Below the pieces are notes generated by a model, which was given only the letters and a program-made list of their open reading frames with translations, ran no database searches and had not been told where the DNA came from. The position numbers and the translations under genes were made by a program. Positions 20,278 to 29,619 of a stretch of 64,000 bases of DNA are shown piece after piece. Source of the DNA: Candidatus Pacearchaeota archaeon (GTDB taxonomy: Archaea > Nanobdellota > Nanobdellia > Pacearchaeales > GW2011-AR1); contig JAFCDI010000001.1 in assembly GCA_017609755.1 (NCBI GenBank), positions 4,400-68,399 of the forward strand, in the 5' to 3' direction. How positions within the stretch are numbered: the first letter of the stretch is position 1; each line of letters begins with the position of its first letter.

Positions 20278-20284
20278 AGGAGGA
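20278..20284 (+). promoter_or_regulatory. Shine-Dalgarno-like GGAGGA 6-11 nt upstream of the 20290 start
   Basis: aaaaaggaggaaaaaaATG. Confidence 0.45.
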
Positions 20285-20289
20285 AAAAA

Positions 20290-20571
20290 ATGTTATCTAA
20301 ATTTCCAATAGATTTAGAAAAAGTTCCAAAAGAAAACATTGATAAAGAAATTCTTAGATTAGGAATAATTGCAGAATTAGATGCAATAAGTCTATATGAA
20401 CAACTTGCAGCATATGCACAAGATGAGCATGTAAAAAAAGTTATGTTAGATGTTGCAAAAGAAGAAAAAGAACATGTTGGAGAATTTCAGACACTTCTTT
20501 TTGAAAAAGATCCTGAACAAGTAGAAGAGTATGAAGAAGGAAAAAAAGAAGTTGAAGAAATGAGAAAATAA
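20290..20571 (+). CDS. small ferritin-like/rubrerythrin-family diiron protein (half-ferritin)
   Basis: ELDAISLYEQLA and EEKEHVGEF (E...E-x-x-H diiron ligand pattern), 93 aa. Confidence 0.5.
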   Translation: MLSKFPIDLEKVPKENIDKEILRLGIIAELDAISLYEQLAAYAQDEHVKKVMLDVAKEEKEHVGEFQTLLFEKDPEQVEEYEEGKKEVEEMRK

Positions 20572-20589
20572 TTATTAATTTTTTCAAAA

Positions 20590-20687
20590 ATGGCAGAAAA
20601 AAACAAATTTACAAATGTGAAATATGTGGAAATATAGTTGAAGTTCTACATAAAGGTGCAGGAGAATTAGTTTGCTGTGATAAATCC
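20590..20687 (+). pseudogene. desulforedoxin-like N-terminal domain of desulfoferrodoxin, out of frame with its ATG because of an A7 homopolymer
   Basis: Frame 0 reads KQIYKCEICGNIVEVLHKGAGELVCCDKSMKLIS (Cys4 Dx centre) but has no start codon. ATG at 20590 is in frame +1 (MAEKNKFTNVKYVEI, then stop). Inserting one A in the a7 run at 20597-20603 restores MAEKKQIYKCEICGN. Confidence 0.55.
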
Positions 20688-20963
20688 ATGAAATTAATTT
20701 CTGAAAATCCAGAGGAATTTGGAGAAGAAGAATATGCTAAAAAGCATGCTCCTGTAATTGAAGGAAAAATAGTAAAAATTGGGACAATCAAACATCCAAT
20801 GACAAAGGAGCATTTTATTGAATGGATTGAAGCAGAATCAGAAAAAGGAGAAATCTCAAAAATATTTTTAACACCAACAAATAAACCTCAAGCAGAATTT
20901 AGTTTTAATCCTATAAAGGCAAGAATGTATTGTAATATTCATGGGCTTTGGAAAATTAAATAA
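20688..20963 (+). CDS. sor: superoxide reductase (neelaredoxin/desulfoferrodoxin centre II domain)
   Basis: KKHAPVIE, KHPMTKEHFIEWIE and CNIHGLW supply the 4 His plus Cys ligand set of SOR. Confidence 0.7.
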   Translation: MKLISENPEEFGEEEYAKKHAPVIEGKIVKIGTIKHPMTKEHFIEWIEAESEKGEISKIFLTPTNKPQAEFSFNPIKARMYCNIHGLWKIK

Positions 20964-20993
20964 TTAAAAACTCTTATTTCTTAATAATTCTAG

Positions 20994-21272
20994 ATGCTAG
21001 AATTAACACTGTCTAGAAAAGAGGAAGGTTATTTAATTCTTGGAATAGAAAATTTTATTGTCAAATATAAAAAAGAAAACAGAGAAAAAATAAAAACAAA
21101 TCCTTTAAATATAGAAAGAGTAGTAATTTATTCAAAGAACTGGGATAAAGAAATTTCCAAAATACTTAAAATAGGATTTTATCCAATAATAATTCAGCCT
21201 AATCCAAATAAACAATATTATCCAGGAGAAATAATAGAAATTAAAAATTTAAACAACAAACCCAATCCTTAA
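20994..21272 (+). CDS. hypothetical protein
   Basis: 92-aa ORF. No motif. Confidence 0.3.
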   Translation: MLELTLSRKEEGYLILGIENFIVKYKKENREKIKTNPLNIERVVIYSKNWDKEISKILKIGFYPIIIQPNPNKQYYPGEIIEIKNLNNKPNP

Positions 21273-21296
21273 AAACACATTATTCTTAATAAAAAT

Positions 21297-23000
21297 ATGA
21301 ACTATTCAAAACTTGCAGAGTTCTATGAAGAGGTATCAAGCACTACAAAACGTTTAAAAAAAATAGATATTCTCGCTAAATTTTTAAAAAAATTATCAGA
21401 TAAAGATAGAGAAGTAATGTATCTTTTACTAGGCGACATTTATCCAGAATATGATGAAAGAAGAATTGGAATAAGCAATCAATTAGCTATAAAAGCTATT
21501 TCAAAGGCAACAGGAACAGATGCAAAAAGAGTTTTATTTGAATGGAAAAATCTAGGAGATATTGGAAAAGTTGCTGAGAAATTCACTCTTAATAAAAAAC
21601 AATCAACATTGCAAAGCTCAATTTTAACTACTGAAAAAGTTTTAGAAAATTTAAGAAAACTTCCAGAACTTGAAGGAAAAGGAACAGTTGGAAAAAAACT
21701 AAATCTAATAACAGAGCTTTTAACTTCAGCAAAACCTATTGAAGCATTATATTTAGTTAGAACCTTAATTGGAGATTTAAGAATTGGAGTTCAAGAATCA
21801 ACAATAAAATATGGAATGCTTAAGGTTTTTTTTAAGAATAATAAAAAATATGAAAGCACTCTTCAACAAGCAATAGATAATTCAAATGATTTAGCAGTAG
21901 TCTTTGATATTGCAAAAAAAGGAAAAATTAAAGATTTGGAAAAAGTGCATTTAGAAGTTGGAAAACCAATTAAAGCAATGCTAGCTCAAAAAGTAACTAA
22001 AATAGAAGATGGATTTAAAGCATTAGGAAGCCCATGTGCAATAGAATACAAATATGATGGATTTAGATTAATAATTCATAAACAAGGAAAAAAAGTAAAT
22101 CTTTTTACAAGAAGATTAGAAAATGTTACAAAACAATTTCCAGAAGCTGTAGAATATATTTTAAAATATGTTAAGGGAGATTCTTTTATTCTAGACTCAG
22201 AAGCAGTAGGATATTCTAAAAAAACAAAGGAATATACTGAATTTCAATCAATAAGTCAAAGAATTAGAAGAAAATATAATATAGAAAAAATACAAAAAGA
22301 TTTTCCAGTTGAAATTAATGTTTTTGATATTTTATATTATAATGGAAAATCAAAATTAGAAGAACCCTTTGAAAAAAGAACAGCCTTAATAAAAAAAATA
22401 ATTAAAAATTCTCCATACAAAATAATTTCTGCAAAACAAATAATTACAGGAAATGTTCAAAAAGCAAAAGAATTCTATAAAAAAGCTCTAAAAGATAATC
22501 AAGAAGGAATAATGATGAAGAATCTTAAAGCACCTTATAAACCTGGAAGAAGAGTTGGAAATATGTTAAAAATAAAACCTGAAGAAAGAGATTTAGATTT
22601 AGTAATAACTGGTGCAGAATATGGAACAGGAAAACGTTCAGGTTGGATGTCTAGTTTTATACTTTCGTGTAAAAAAGGAGATAAATATTTAGAAATAGGA
22701 AAAGTTGGAACAGGTATAAAAGAAAAAGCAGAACAAGGAATTTCATTTGAAGAATTAACTAAAAAACTAAAGCCTTTAATAATAAAAGAAAAAGGAAAAA
22801 GAGTAGATTTTAAACCAAAAATAGTTGTATCTGTAACATATCAAGAAATTCAGCGTTCTCCTAATTATAACTCTGGATGGGCATTAAGATTTCCAAGATT
22901 TACTGCATTAAGAACAGATAAACCTCTTTCTGAAATATCCAGTTTAGAAGAAGTTGAAAATGATTTCAAACATCAAAAAAGAAATTGGGAATATGGTTAA
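21297..23000 (+). CDS. lig: ATP-dependent DNA ligase
   Basis: KYDGFRLIIHK (KxDG adenylation motif), 567 aa, EGIMMKNL and other ligase motifs. Confidence 0.9.
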   Translation: MNYSKLAEFYEEVSSTTKRLKKIDILAKFLKKLSDKDREVMYLLLGDIYPEYDERRIGISNQLAIKAISKATGTDAKRVLFEWKNLGDIGKVAEKFTLNKKQSTLQSSILTTEKVLENLRKLPELEGKGTVGKKLNLITELLTSAKPIEALYLVRTLIGDLRIGVQESTIKYGMLKVFFKNNKKYESTLQQAIDNSNDLAVVFDIAKKGKIKDLEKVHLEVGKPIKAMLAQKVTKIEDGFKALGSPCAIEYKYDGFRLIIHKQGKKVNLFTRRLENVTKQFPEAVEYILKYVKGDSFILDSEAVGYSKKTKEYTEFQSISQRIRRKYNIEKIQKDFPVEINVFDILYYNGKSKLEEPFEKRTALIKKIIKNSPYKIISAKQIITGNVQKAKEFYKKALKDNQEGIMMKNLKAPYKPGRRVGNMLKIKPEERDLDLVITGAEYGTGKRSGWMSSFILSCKKGDKYLEIGKVGTGIKEKAEQGISFEELTKKLKPLIIKEKGKRVDFKPKIVVSVTYQEIQRSPNYNSGWALRFPRFTALRTDKPLSEISSLEEVENDFKHQKRNWEYG

Positions 23001-23007
23001 TTATTTT

Positions 23008-23334
23008 TTATGTGTTTAATTCTTCTTTTTTTAATTTTTTAAAAAGAGTTTGATAGAGCTTTAAATCTTTCTTACAAATTTCAACTTTTTCTTTAAGTCC
23101 TTCTTTTTTAAAATCTCTAATTTTATATTTGCATCCTTGTATCTTAACTTCATAATAGAATTTAACTTCTGCAATATCTACTTTTTCAGGAGTTTGCAAA
23201 TTCAAAATAGAATTCAAATTGTACTTTTTTGCTTCTTCAAAACTTAATTTTTTATATTTTTCTGGACCAATATGAATAGAATCATTAAATTTAATCCATT
23301 CTCCTACTTTAAAAAATTTTTCTAGAGTAGCCAT
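23008..23334 (-). CDS. hypothetical protein
   Basis: 108-aa ORF. Confidence 0.3.
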   Translation of the reverse strand: MATLEKFFKVGEWIKFNDSIHIGPEKYKKLSFEEAKKYNLNSILNLQTPEKVDIAEVKFYYEVKIQGCKYKIRDFKKEGLKEKVEICKKDLKLYQTLFKKLKKEELNT

Positions 23335-23417
23335 GATCTAGAAAAAAATAACTCCTTTATAAAACTTACTTTTGCAAATTTCAAAAAAACTATAAACTTC
23401 ATTTGTCTTAATTTTTT

Positions 23418-24506
23418 ATGAAAAAAACCTCTTTTATAGAAAATTATCTTTCTTTAGCAATCAAATTAGTTTTAATTCTTTCTATATTAAATGCTATTCA
23501 AAATCAGTTTTGGCATATAATGTCAACTAATCTTTTTTTGCTTATTTTGTTGTTTGTTCCTCAAATAATAAAAAAATATGAAATAAAAATTCCAAAAATC
23601 TTTGAATGGGCATTACTTATCTTTGTAATTCTTACTCTCTTTATTGGAAAAATAAGTGGAATAATTGCTCCAATATTTTTTGGTATTGCAATAGCTTTTA
23701 TTGGATTATTAATTTCGGCTATACTATATTCAAGTAATCAAATAAAAAAGAATACTTTTCTTATAACTCTGTTTTCCTTTAATTTTGCTGTTAGTTTTGG
23801 AGCATTACTAGAATTATTAAAATTTTTCCTAAAAATTCTAGCAGGACACTCTCTTTCAGGAGATTTATATTCTTATACAATGAGAAATATTTTATTTGTT
23901 ATAACTGGTGCAATAATTGCTGCAATGATTGGATTAGGATATATGAACGGATATTTAAAAATAAGAAAAATTGCAAAAGCCTTTATTAAATTAAATCCTA
24001 ATTTTCTAAAGAAAACTCATCAAGAAGAATTAACTGAATTAATTTCTAAAGGAGAAAATGAGAAATTAGAATTTAAATCAACATTAAGAACAAATCTGCA
24101 TACAAAAGAATTTGATAAGAAAATAGAATATACTATTCTCAAAACAATTGTTTCTTTTCTAAATACTAATGGAGGAACTCTACTTATAGGTATTTCAAAT
24201 AAAGGAGAAATTTTAGGAATACAGGCAGATAAATTTGAAAATGAAGATAAATTTGCTCTTCATCTAACAAACATAATAAAAGAAAAAATAGGTAAGAAAA
24301 ATTTGCATTTGATAAATCTAAGATTATTAAAAATTAAAGATAAATTTATAATGAGAGTTGATTGTAAAGAATCTTCTAAAGAAATTTTTCTAAAATCTTC
24401 TACAGGAGATGAAGAATTTTATATAAGAGTTGGACCTTCAAATAGTCAATTAGTTGGAAGTGAACTAATAGAGTATGTAAATAAAAAATTTAAAAATAAA
24501 AAATAA
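23418..24506 (+). CDS. membrane protein (about 5 TM) with a C-terminal Schlafen/AlbA_2-like putative DNA-binding domain
   Basis: N-terminal 200 aa hydrophobic. C-terminal EKLEFKSTLRTNLHT...ILKTIVSFLNTNGGTLLIGISNKGEILGI resembles the AlbA_2 (PF04326) core. Confidence 0.45.
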   Translation: MKKTSFIENYLSLAIKLVLILSILNAIQNQFWHIMSTNLFLLILLFVPQIIKKYEIKIPKIFEWALLIFVILTLFIGKISGIIAPIFFGIAIAFIGLLISAILYSSNQIKKNTFLITLFSFNFAVSFGALLELLKFFLKILAGHSLSGDLYSYTMRNILFVITGAIIAAMIGLGYMNGYLKIRKIAKAFIKLNPNFLKKTHQEELTELISKGENEKLEFKSTLRTNLHTKEFDKKIEYTILKTIVSFLNTNGGTLLIGISNKGEILGIQADKFENEDKFALHLTNIIKEKIGKKNLHLINLRLLKIKDKFIMRVDCKESSKEIFLKSSTGDEEFYIRVGPSNSQLVGSELIEYVNKKFKNKK

Positions 24507-24567
24507 TCTCGTCGAATCCTTTAAAAAGCTTTATAAAGGAATTTTGCTAATATTTTACTAGTATAAA

Positions 24568-25128
24568 ATGGCAAAAACAACTAGCAATTACAAGATTCAA
24601 AATATTGTTGCTACAACTTCTCTAGAAAAACCTATTCCTTTAACAAAATTAGCTAGAACACAACCTAATACAGAGTATAATCCTGAAACTTTTCCTGGAT
24701 TAGTTTTAAGAATAAAAGAGCCTAAATCAGCAGTATTAGTTTTTTCATCTGGCAATTTAGTGTGTACTGGAACAAAATCAGTTGCTCAAGTAAGAAAAGT
24801 TATACAGGCAGTTATAAAACAATTAAAGAAGATAAATGTGAGTATAACAGCAAAACCAAAGATAACTGTTCAAAATATTGTTGCTTCTGGAACAATTGAT
24901 TTGAAACTTAATCTTAATTTTTTAGCATTAGAAATGGAAAATACAGAATATGAGCCAGAACAATTTCCAGGACTAGTTTATAAATTAATTGAACCAAATG
25001 CTACTTTTCTATTATTTAGCAATGGAAAACTCGTTTGCACAGGTACAAAAAACAAGCAGCAATTAGAAGATAGCATGACTCAGTTACTAAAAAACGTTAA
25101 AATTGCTCAAAAAGAGTACAAAAAATAG
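24568..25128 (+). CDS. tbp: TATA-box-binding protein
   Basis: Two direct repeats (IQNIVATTSL...FPGLVLRIKEPKSAVLVFSSGNLVCTGTKS and VQNIVASGTIDL...FPGLVYKLIEPNATFLLFSNGKLVCTGTKN). Confidence 0.9.
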   Translation: MAKTTSNYKIQNIVATTSLEKPIPLTKLARTQPNTEYNPETFPGLVLRIKEPKSAVLVFSSGNLVCTGTKSVAQVRKVIQAVIKQLKKINVSITAKPKITVQNIVASGTIDLKLNLNFLALEMENTEYEPEQFPGLVYKLIEPNATFLLFSNGKLVCTGTKNKQQLEDSMTQLLKNVKIAQKEYKK

Positions 25129-25214
25129 TTTCACTCCTAAAAAATAATTATAAATTCTAAAACTACTTTATAATATATATAAATCTATAAAAACTTATTA
25201 CATATTTTCTATAT

Positions 25215-27266
25215 ATGGAAGAGGAAGAAGAATTATCTCAGAATCCAGAAAAGGATGCAAGATCAAAAAAAGAAGAATTTTTAATAGAAGCAAAAAACTT
25301 TTTTGATTTTTATAAAAAAGAGTTGGGAGATTCTATTAGAAAAGCCAATAATGTGATTCATATTGATTTTCTCAAATTAACAGAATTTTCAAATAAGTTA
25401 TCTGATGAAATTCTTGCAAATCCAGAAGAGGCTCTTGGATTATTTGAATTAGCAATTGAAGAGTTAGGATTAATAAAAGATGCTAGAATAAGATTAATTG
25501 ATCTTCCAAAAAGTCAGGAAATAAAAGTAAGAAATATTCGTTCAAAACATCTAAATGAATTAATTGTCATTGAAGGAATAATTAGACAAGCATCTGATGT
25601 AAGGCCTCAAGTTGTAAATGCGAAATTTGAATGTCCTAGTTGTGGAATAGTTATAAGTGTTTTGCAAATAGAAAAAAAGTTTAGAGAACCTTCTAGATGT
25701 TCTTGTGGAAGAAAAGGAGGTTTTAAATTAATAAGTAAAGAAATGGTTGATACTCAAAGATTAGTTGTTGAAGAGTCTCCTGAATCTCTTTCAGGAGGAG
25801 AACAGCCAAAAAGAATAAATGTTTTTCTAAAAGAAGATTTAGTTGAACCTAAAATGGAAGAAAAAACAACTCCAGGAAGCAGAATAAAAATAATTGGAGT
25901 TTTAAAAGAAGTTCCAGTTCCTCTAAGTTCAGGAGGATTATCAACTAGATTTGAATTAGCTATTGAAGTAAATAATATAATTCCTTTAGAAGAAACTTTT
26001 GAAGAATTAGATATTAATGAAGAAGATGAAAGGCAAATACTAGAACTTGCTCAAGACCCTCAAATCTTTGAAAAACTTGCTAGAAGTATTACTCCAAGTG
26101 TTTGGGGATATGAAGAAATAAAAAGATCTCTTGTTTTACAATTATTTGGAGGAGTTAAAAAAGTTCATGCAGATGGACAAATAAATAGAGGAGATATTCA
26201 TATTCTTTTAATAGGTGATCCAGGAGTTGCAAAATCAGTAACATTAGGATTTATGGCTAAAATATCTCCAAAAGGAAGATATGTAGTTGGAAAATCAACT
26301 TCTGGAGCAGGATTAACAGCAACAGTAGTTAGAGACGAATATCTAAGAGGATGGAGTTTAGAAGCAGGAGCAATGGTTCTTTCTAATAAAGGACTGGTTT
26401 GTATAGATGAATTAGAAAAAATGGATCCTCAAGATAGAAGTGCAATGCATGAAGCAATGGAACAACAAACTGTAACAATAAGTAAAGCAAATGTTCAAGC
26501 AACATTAAGAGCAGAAACTTCTGTTTTAGCTGCAGCAAATCCAAAATTTGGAAGATTTGACCCTTATCAATCAATAGCTCAACAAATTGATATTCCTCCA
26601 ACTCTAATTAATAGATTTGATGTAATATTTACTTTAAGAGATATTCCTGATAAAATAAAAGATGAAAAAATAGCAAGTCATGTTTTATCAGAACATCGAA
26701 AAGAAGGAGAAGATATGTTAATTCCAAAAGATCTTTTTAGAAAATATGTAGCTTATTCAAAACAAAGAGTAAAACCTCAATTAAGTGAAGAAGCAGTAGA
26801 AGAATTAAAAAAATTCTATGTTGAATTAAGAAACAAACCAGTTTCCTCAGAAAGTGCAATGAGGCCTATTCCAATTTCTGCTAGACAATTGCAGGCTCTA
26901 ATTCGTATGGCTGAAGCATCTGCAAAAATAAAGTTAAATAATACTGTAAAAAAAGATGATGCAAAAGAAGCAATTGAATTAATGAAGTACTATTTAATGC
27001 AAGTAGGATATGATTATGAATCAAAAACATTTGATATTGACAAGATATATACTGGAATGACCACCTCAAAAAGAAATAAAGTTTTGACAGTTAGAGAAAC
27101 AATAACTGCTCTTAAAGAAAGAATAGGAGAATTAATTCCCATTGAAGAAATAGAAAAAGAATTAGAAGAAAAATTAACAAAAGAAGAAATAGAATACTCT
27201 ATAAATGAGCTAATAAAAAATAGTGTAATTTATCAACCAAGGCAAGGATATGTTCAAAAATTGTAA
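25215..27266 (+). CDS. mcm: MCM replicative helicase
   Basis: Zinc finger CPSCG...CSCG, Walker A GDPGVAKS, Walker B CIDELEKM, arginine finger SARQ, 683 aa. Confidence 0.9.
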   Translation: MEEEEELSQNPEKDARSKKEEFLIEAKNFFDFYKKELGDSIRKANNVIHIDFLKLTEFSNKLSDEILANPEEALGLFELAIEELGLIKDARIRLIDLPKSQEIKVRNIRSKHLNELIVIEGIIRQASDVRPQVVNAKFECPSCGIVISVLQIEKKFREPSRCSCGRKGGFKLISKEMVDTQRLVVEESPESLSGGEQPKRINVFLKEDLVEPKMEEKTTPGSRIKIIGVLKEVPVPLSSGGLSTRFELAIEVNNIIPLEETFEELDINEEDERQILELAQDPQIFEKLARSITPSVWGYEEIKRSLVLQLFGGVKKVHADGQINRGDIHILLIGDPGVAKSVTLGFMAKISPKGRYVVGKSTSGAGLTATVVRDEYLRGWSLEAGAMVLSNKGLVCIDELEKMDPQDRSAMHEAMEQQTVTISKANVQATLRAETSVLAAANPKFGRFDPYQSIAQQIDIPPTLINRFDVIFTLRDIPDKIKDEKIASHVLSEHRKEGEDMLIPKDLFRKYVAYSKQRVKPQLSEEAVEELKKFYVELRNKPVSSESAMRPIPISARQLQALIRMAEASAKIKLNNTVKKDDAKEAIELMKYYLMQVGYDYESKTFDIDKIYTGMTTSKRNKVLTVRETITALKERIGELIPIEEIEKELEEKLTKEEIEYSINELIKNSVIYQPRQGYVQKL

Positions 27267-27304
27267 CAAAAACTTATAAAGTCCTTTATTTTTCAATTAG
27301 AATT

Positions 27305-27928
27305 ATGACAGATGAACAATTTAAAAGAAATATTGCATATAAGCTAAGAATTGGAGATATTTTAATGGGAAAACCTATTTTAGATGGAGAAAGGTTTTCT
27401 TTTTTAGAATTAGGAGATAAAAAAATAGTTAGAGTTAATGTAATAGGAAATATTGTTGAAAGATTTGATAGTGAAGGAGAAAAAAGATTTTCAGTTCTCA
27501 CTCTTGATGATGGTTCTGGACAAATAAAACTTAGAATTTTTGCAGATGATGTAGAAAAGTTCAAGAATATAAATCAGGGGCAAACTGTATTAATTATTGG
27601 ACTTTTAAGACATTTTAATAATGAGATATATATTAATCCTGAGATAATTAAGGAAAAGGATTCAAAATATCTTTTAATAAGAAAATTAGAAACAGAAAAA
27701 AATAAAATTCAAAAAGAACCAGTTGCGAGAGAGCAAATAATTGCTGTAAAAGATAAAATTCTTGGAGCAATAAAAAGTGCAGAAGATGAAGGTGGAATTG
27801 AAATCGATAAAATAATAATGGGATTAAAAAATATTTCTCCCGTAATTATAAATCAAGAAATTCAAAAATTTCTAGAAGAAGGAATTGTATTTGAGCCTCG
27901 TCCAGGAAAAGTTAGATATCTAGGCTAA
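27305..27928 (+). CDS. OB-fold plus winged-helix protein, RPA32-like single-strand-binding subunit candidate
   Basis: VNVIGNIVERF...VLTLDDGSGQIKLRIF OB-fold pattern. C-terminal GGIEIDKIIMGL...EGIVFEPRPGKVRYL wH-like. Immediately downstream of mcm. Confidence 0.4.
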   Translation: MTDEQFKRNIAYKLRIGDILMGKPILDGERFSFLELGDKKIVRVNVIGNIVERFDSEGEKRFSVLTLDDGSGQIKLRIFADDVEKFKNINQGQTVLIIGLLRHFNNEIYINPEIIKEKDSKYLLIRKLETEKNKIQKEPVAREQIIAVKDKILGAIKSAEDEGGIEIDKIIMGLKNISPVIINQEIQKFLEEGIVFEPRPGKVRYLG

Positions 27929-28225
27929 ATTATATTTAGAATAATCAAGTTTTAATTCTGTTTTAAAATTCTTAATCTTTCCATAATTTTTTGCAAATTT
28001 TTTAGTGTTCTCTAAAAAAGCAGAATTATAGAGAGTAATTAAATTAGGTTTCTTTAAATCTATTTTAATAATTGGCCTTCCAAATTCTTTTACAATTAAA
28101 CTAGAATTATTTTCTATAAGTTCCCATTTAAAATTCTCTTTTGCAATTTTTACAACTTTTTCTAAATCTTCTTTAGTAAAATTATTATTAATTTTTTCTT
28201 CTATATTACTCATAAAGAAAATCAA
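27920..28225 (-). CDS. hypothetical protein
   Basis: 101-aa ORF. Confidence 0.3.
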   Translation of the reverse strand: MIFFMSNIEEKINNNFTKEDLEKVVKIAKENFKWELIENNSSLIVKEFGRPIIKIDLKKPNLITLYNSAFLENTKKFAKNYGKIKNFKTELKLDYSKYNLA

Positions 28226-28273
28226 AAAAGATTATTTATAAAACTTTATATACTTAAAGATGCAGCCTAATTT

Positions 28274-28681
28274 ATGGATTATGAAAAACTACTAGAAGAA
28301 GCTCACAAAAAAATAAAAAAAATAGAACATAGCAGCGAAAGATTTGAAATACCTAAAATTGAAGGTCATTTTGAAGGAAAAAAAACAATTCTTACAAACT
28401 TTCTTCAAATTGCATCTCATCTTAGAAGAAAACCAGAACATCTTCAAAAATTTATACTAAGAGAATTAGCAACTTCTGGAAATTTTGAAGGAGAAAGATT
28501 AATTTTAAATAATAGAATTCCTAGTGCCAAGATAAATTCTAAAATAGAAGATTATGTTAAAGAGTTTGTATTATGTAGAGAGTGTAAAAAACCTGATACT
28601 GAAATTGTTAAAGAAGACAGATTAACCTTTGTTCATTGTCTTGCTTGCGGAGCAAAACACTCTGTTAGAAGCAAAATATAG
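28274..28681 (+). CDS. eif2b: translation initiation factor 2 beta subunit (aIF2-beta)
   Basis: 135 aa, C-terminal C2C2 zinc ribbon CRECKKPDT...CLACGA, eIF2-beta/eIF5 family layout. Confidence 0.75.
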   Translation: MDYEKLLEEAHKKIKKIEHSSERFEIPKIEGHFEGKKTILTNFLQIASHLRRKPEHLQKFILRELATSGNFEGERLILNNRIPSAKINSKIEDYVKEFVLCRECKKPDTEIVKEDRLTFVHCLACGAKHSVRSKI

Positions 28682-28739
28682 AAAAAATCCTTTTTCAGAA
28701 GGTTTAAAAAATAAAAATTCCTTACAAAAAGAAGTAAAC

Positions 28740-28745
28740 GGAGGT
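28740..28745 (+). promoter_or_regulatory. Shine-Dalgarno GGAGGT 7 nt upstream of the ATG at 28752
   Basis: acGGAGGTaaaaaaATG. Confidence 0.45.
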
Positions 28746-28751
28746 AAAAAA

Positions 28752-28943
28752 ATGGTTGAAGGATACAGTGTTAAAGCAAAGAAAAAAGTTAAGATAAAAG
28801 ATCCTGTTATTGTGCAAACTGCTCGTGGAGGATACATGGCAAAAGGAAAATGTCCTGAAACAGGAATAACTGTTTGTGCTATGCTATCTAAAGAAAATGC
28901 AGAAAAAGCAATAGAGTCTGGTGAAGCTAAGAAAAACTTTTAA
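28752..28943 (+). CDS. small hypothetical protein (63 aa)
   Basis: Strong SD then ATG. MVEGYSVKAKKK...KGKCPETGITVCAM. The ORF-track N-terminal extension from 28629 is unlikely because it overlaps aIF2-beta. Confidence 0.35.
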   Translation: MVEGYSVKAKKKVKIKDPVIVQTARGGYMAKGKCPETGITVCAMLSKENAEKAIESGEAKKNF

Positions 28944-28967
28944 TAATTCTTATTTTTTATTTTTTGT

Positions 28968-29267
28968 ATGGTAATTATAAATGTAATAAAATCCTATAGA
29001 GATATTGTTGCAATTTGTGATTCAGAATTAATTGGAAAAAAATTTGAACAAGGAAAATTTCAATTAGATGTAAAAGAATCTTTTTTTAAAGGAGAAGAGA
29101 TTATTGAAGAAAAAGCTCTTAAAATTCTAAAAGACATGGAAAAAGAAGATGCAACTTTTAATATTGTTGGAAAGAAATCAATCTCGCTTGCATTAAAAGC
29201 AGAAATTATTGAAGAAAAAGGAATAAAGAAAATACAAAACATTCCTTTTGCACTTGTTTTAATTTGA
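28968..29267 (+). CDS. hypothetical protein (possibly DUF424-like)
   Basis: 99 aa. AICDSELIGKKFEQGKFQLDV pattern. Weak. Confidence 0.3.
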   Translation: MVIINVIKSYRDIVAICDSELIGKKFEQGKFQLDVKESFFKGEEIIEEKALKILKDMEKEDATFNIVGKKSISLALKAEIIEEKGIKKIQNIPFALVLI

Positions 29268-29301
29268 GTAGTTTTATAAACTCTCTCATTTTTTAAGAAA
29301 T

Positions 29302-29619
29302 ATGAAACCTAAAGAAAATAACGAAGAAAACAAAATACAAAGAGCAAAATTACCAAGAGGTAAAGAGATAATTGGAATTATAGAACAACGATTAGGAGGA
29401 AATAAAATGAATGTTAGTTGTTTAGATGGAAAAACAAGAAATTGTAGAGTTCCAGGAAGATTAAAAAGAAAATTATGGTTAAGACCAAATGATATAGTTA
29501 TTATTGAACCTTGGGAATTAGATGATTCAAAAGGAGATGTTTTATTCAAATACAATAAAAGCCAGATAAAATGGCTTAAAAAAAACAATTATTTAGAAAC
29601 AGAAAAATCTGAATTTTGA
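29302..29619 (+). CDS. eif1a: translation initiation factor 1A (aIF1A)
   Basis: S1-like OB. GIIEQRLGGNKMNVSCLDGKTRNCRVPGRLKRKLWLRPNDIVIIEPW matches eIF-1A. Confidence 0.85.
   Translation: MKPKENNEENKIQRAKLPRGKEIIGIIEQRLGGNKMNVSCLDGKTRNCRVPGRLKRKLWLRPNDIVIIEPWELDDSKGDVLFKYNKSQIKWLKKNNYLETEKSEF

Noticed and set aside
20590-20634. Treating MAEKNKFTNVKYVEI (ATG at 20590) as a genuine 15-aa peptide
   Set aside because: The overlapping frame encodes a conserved desulforedoxin Cys4 domain contiguous with SOR, so a homopolymer frameshift explains it better.
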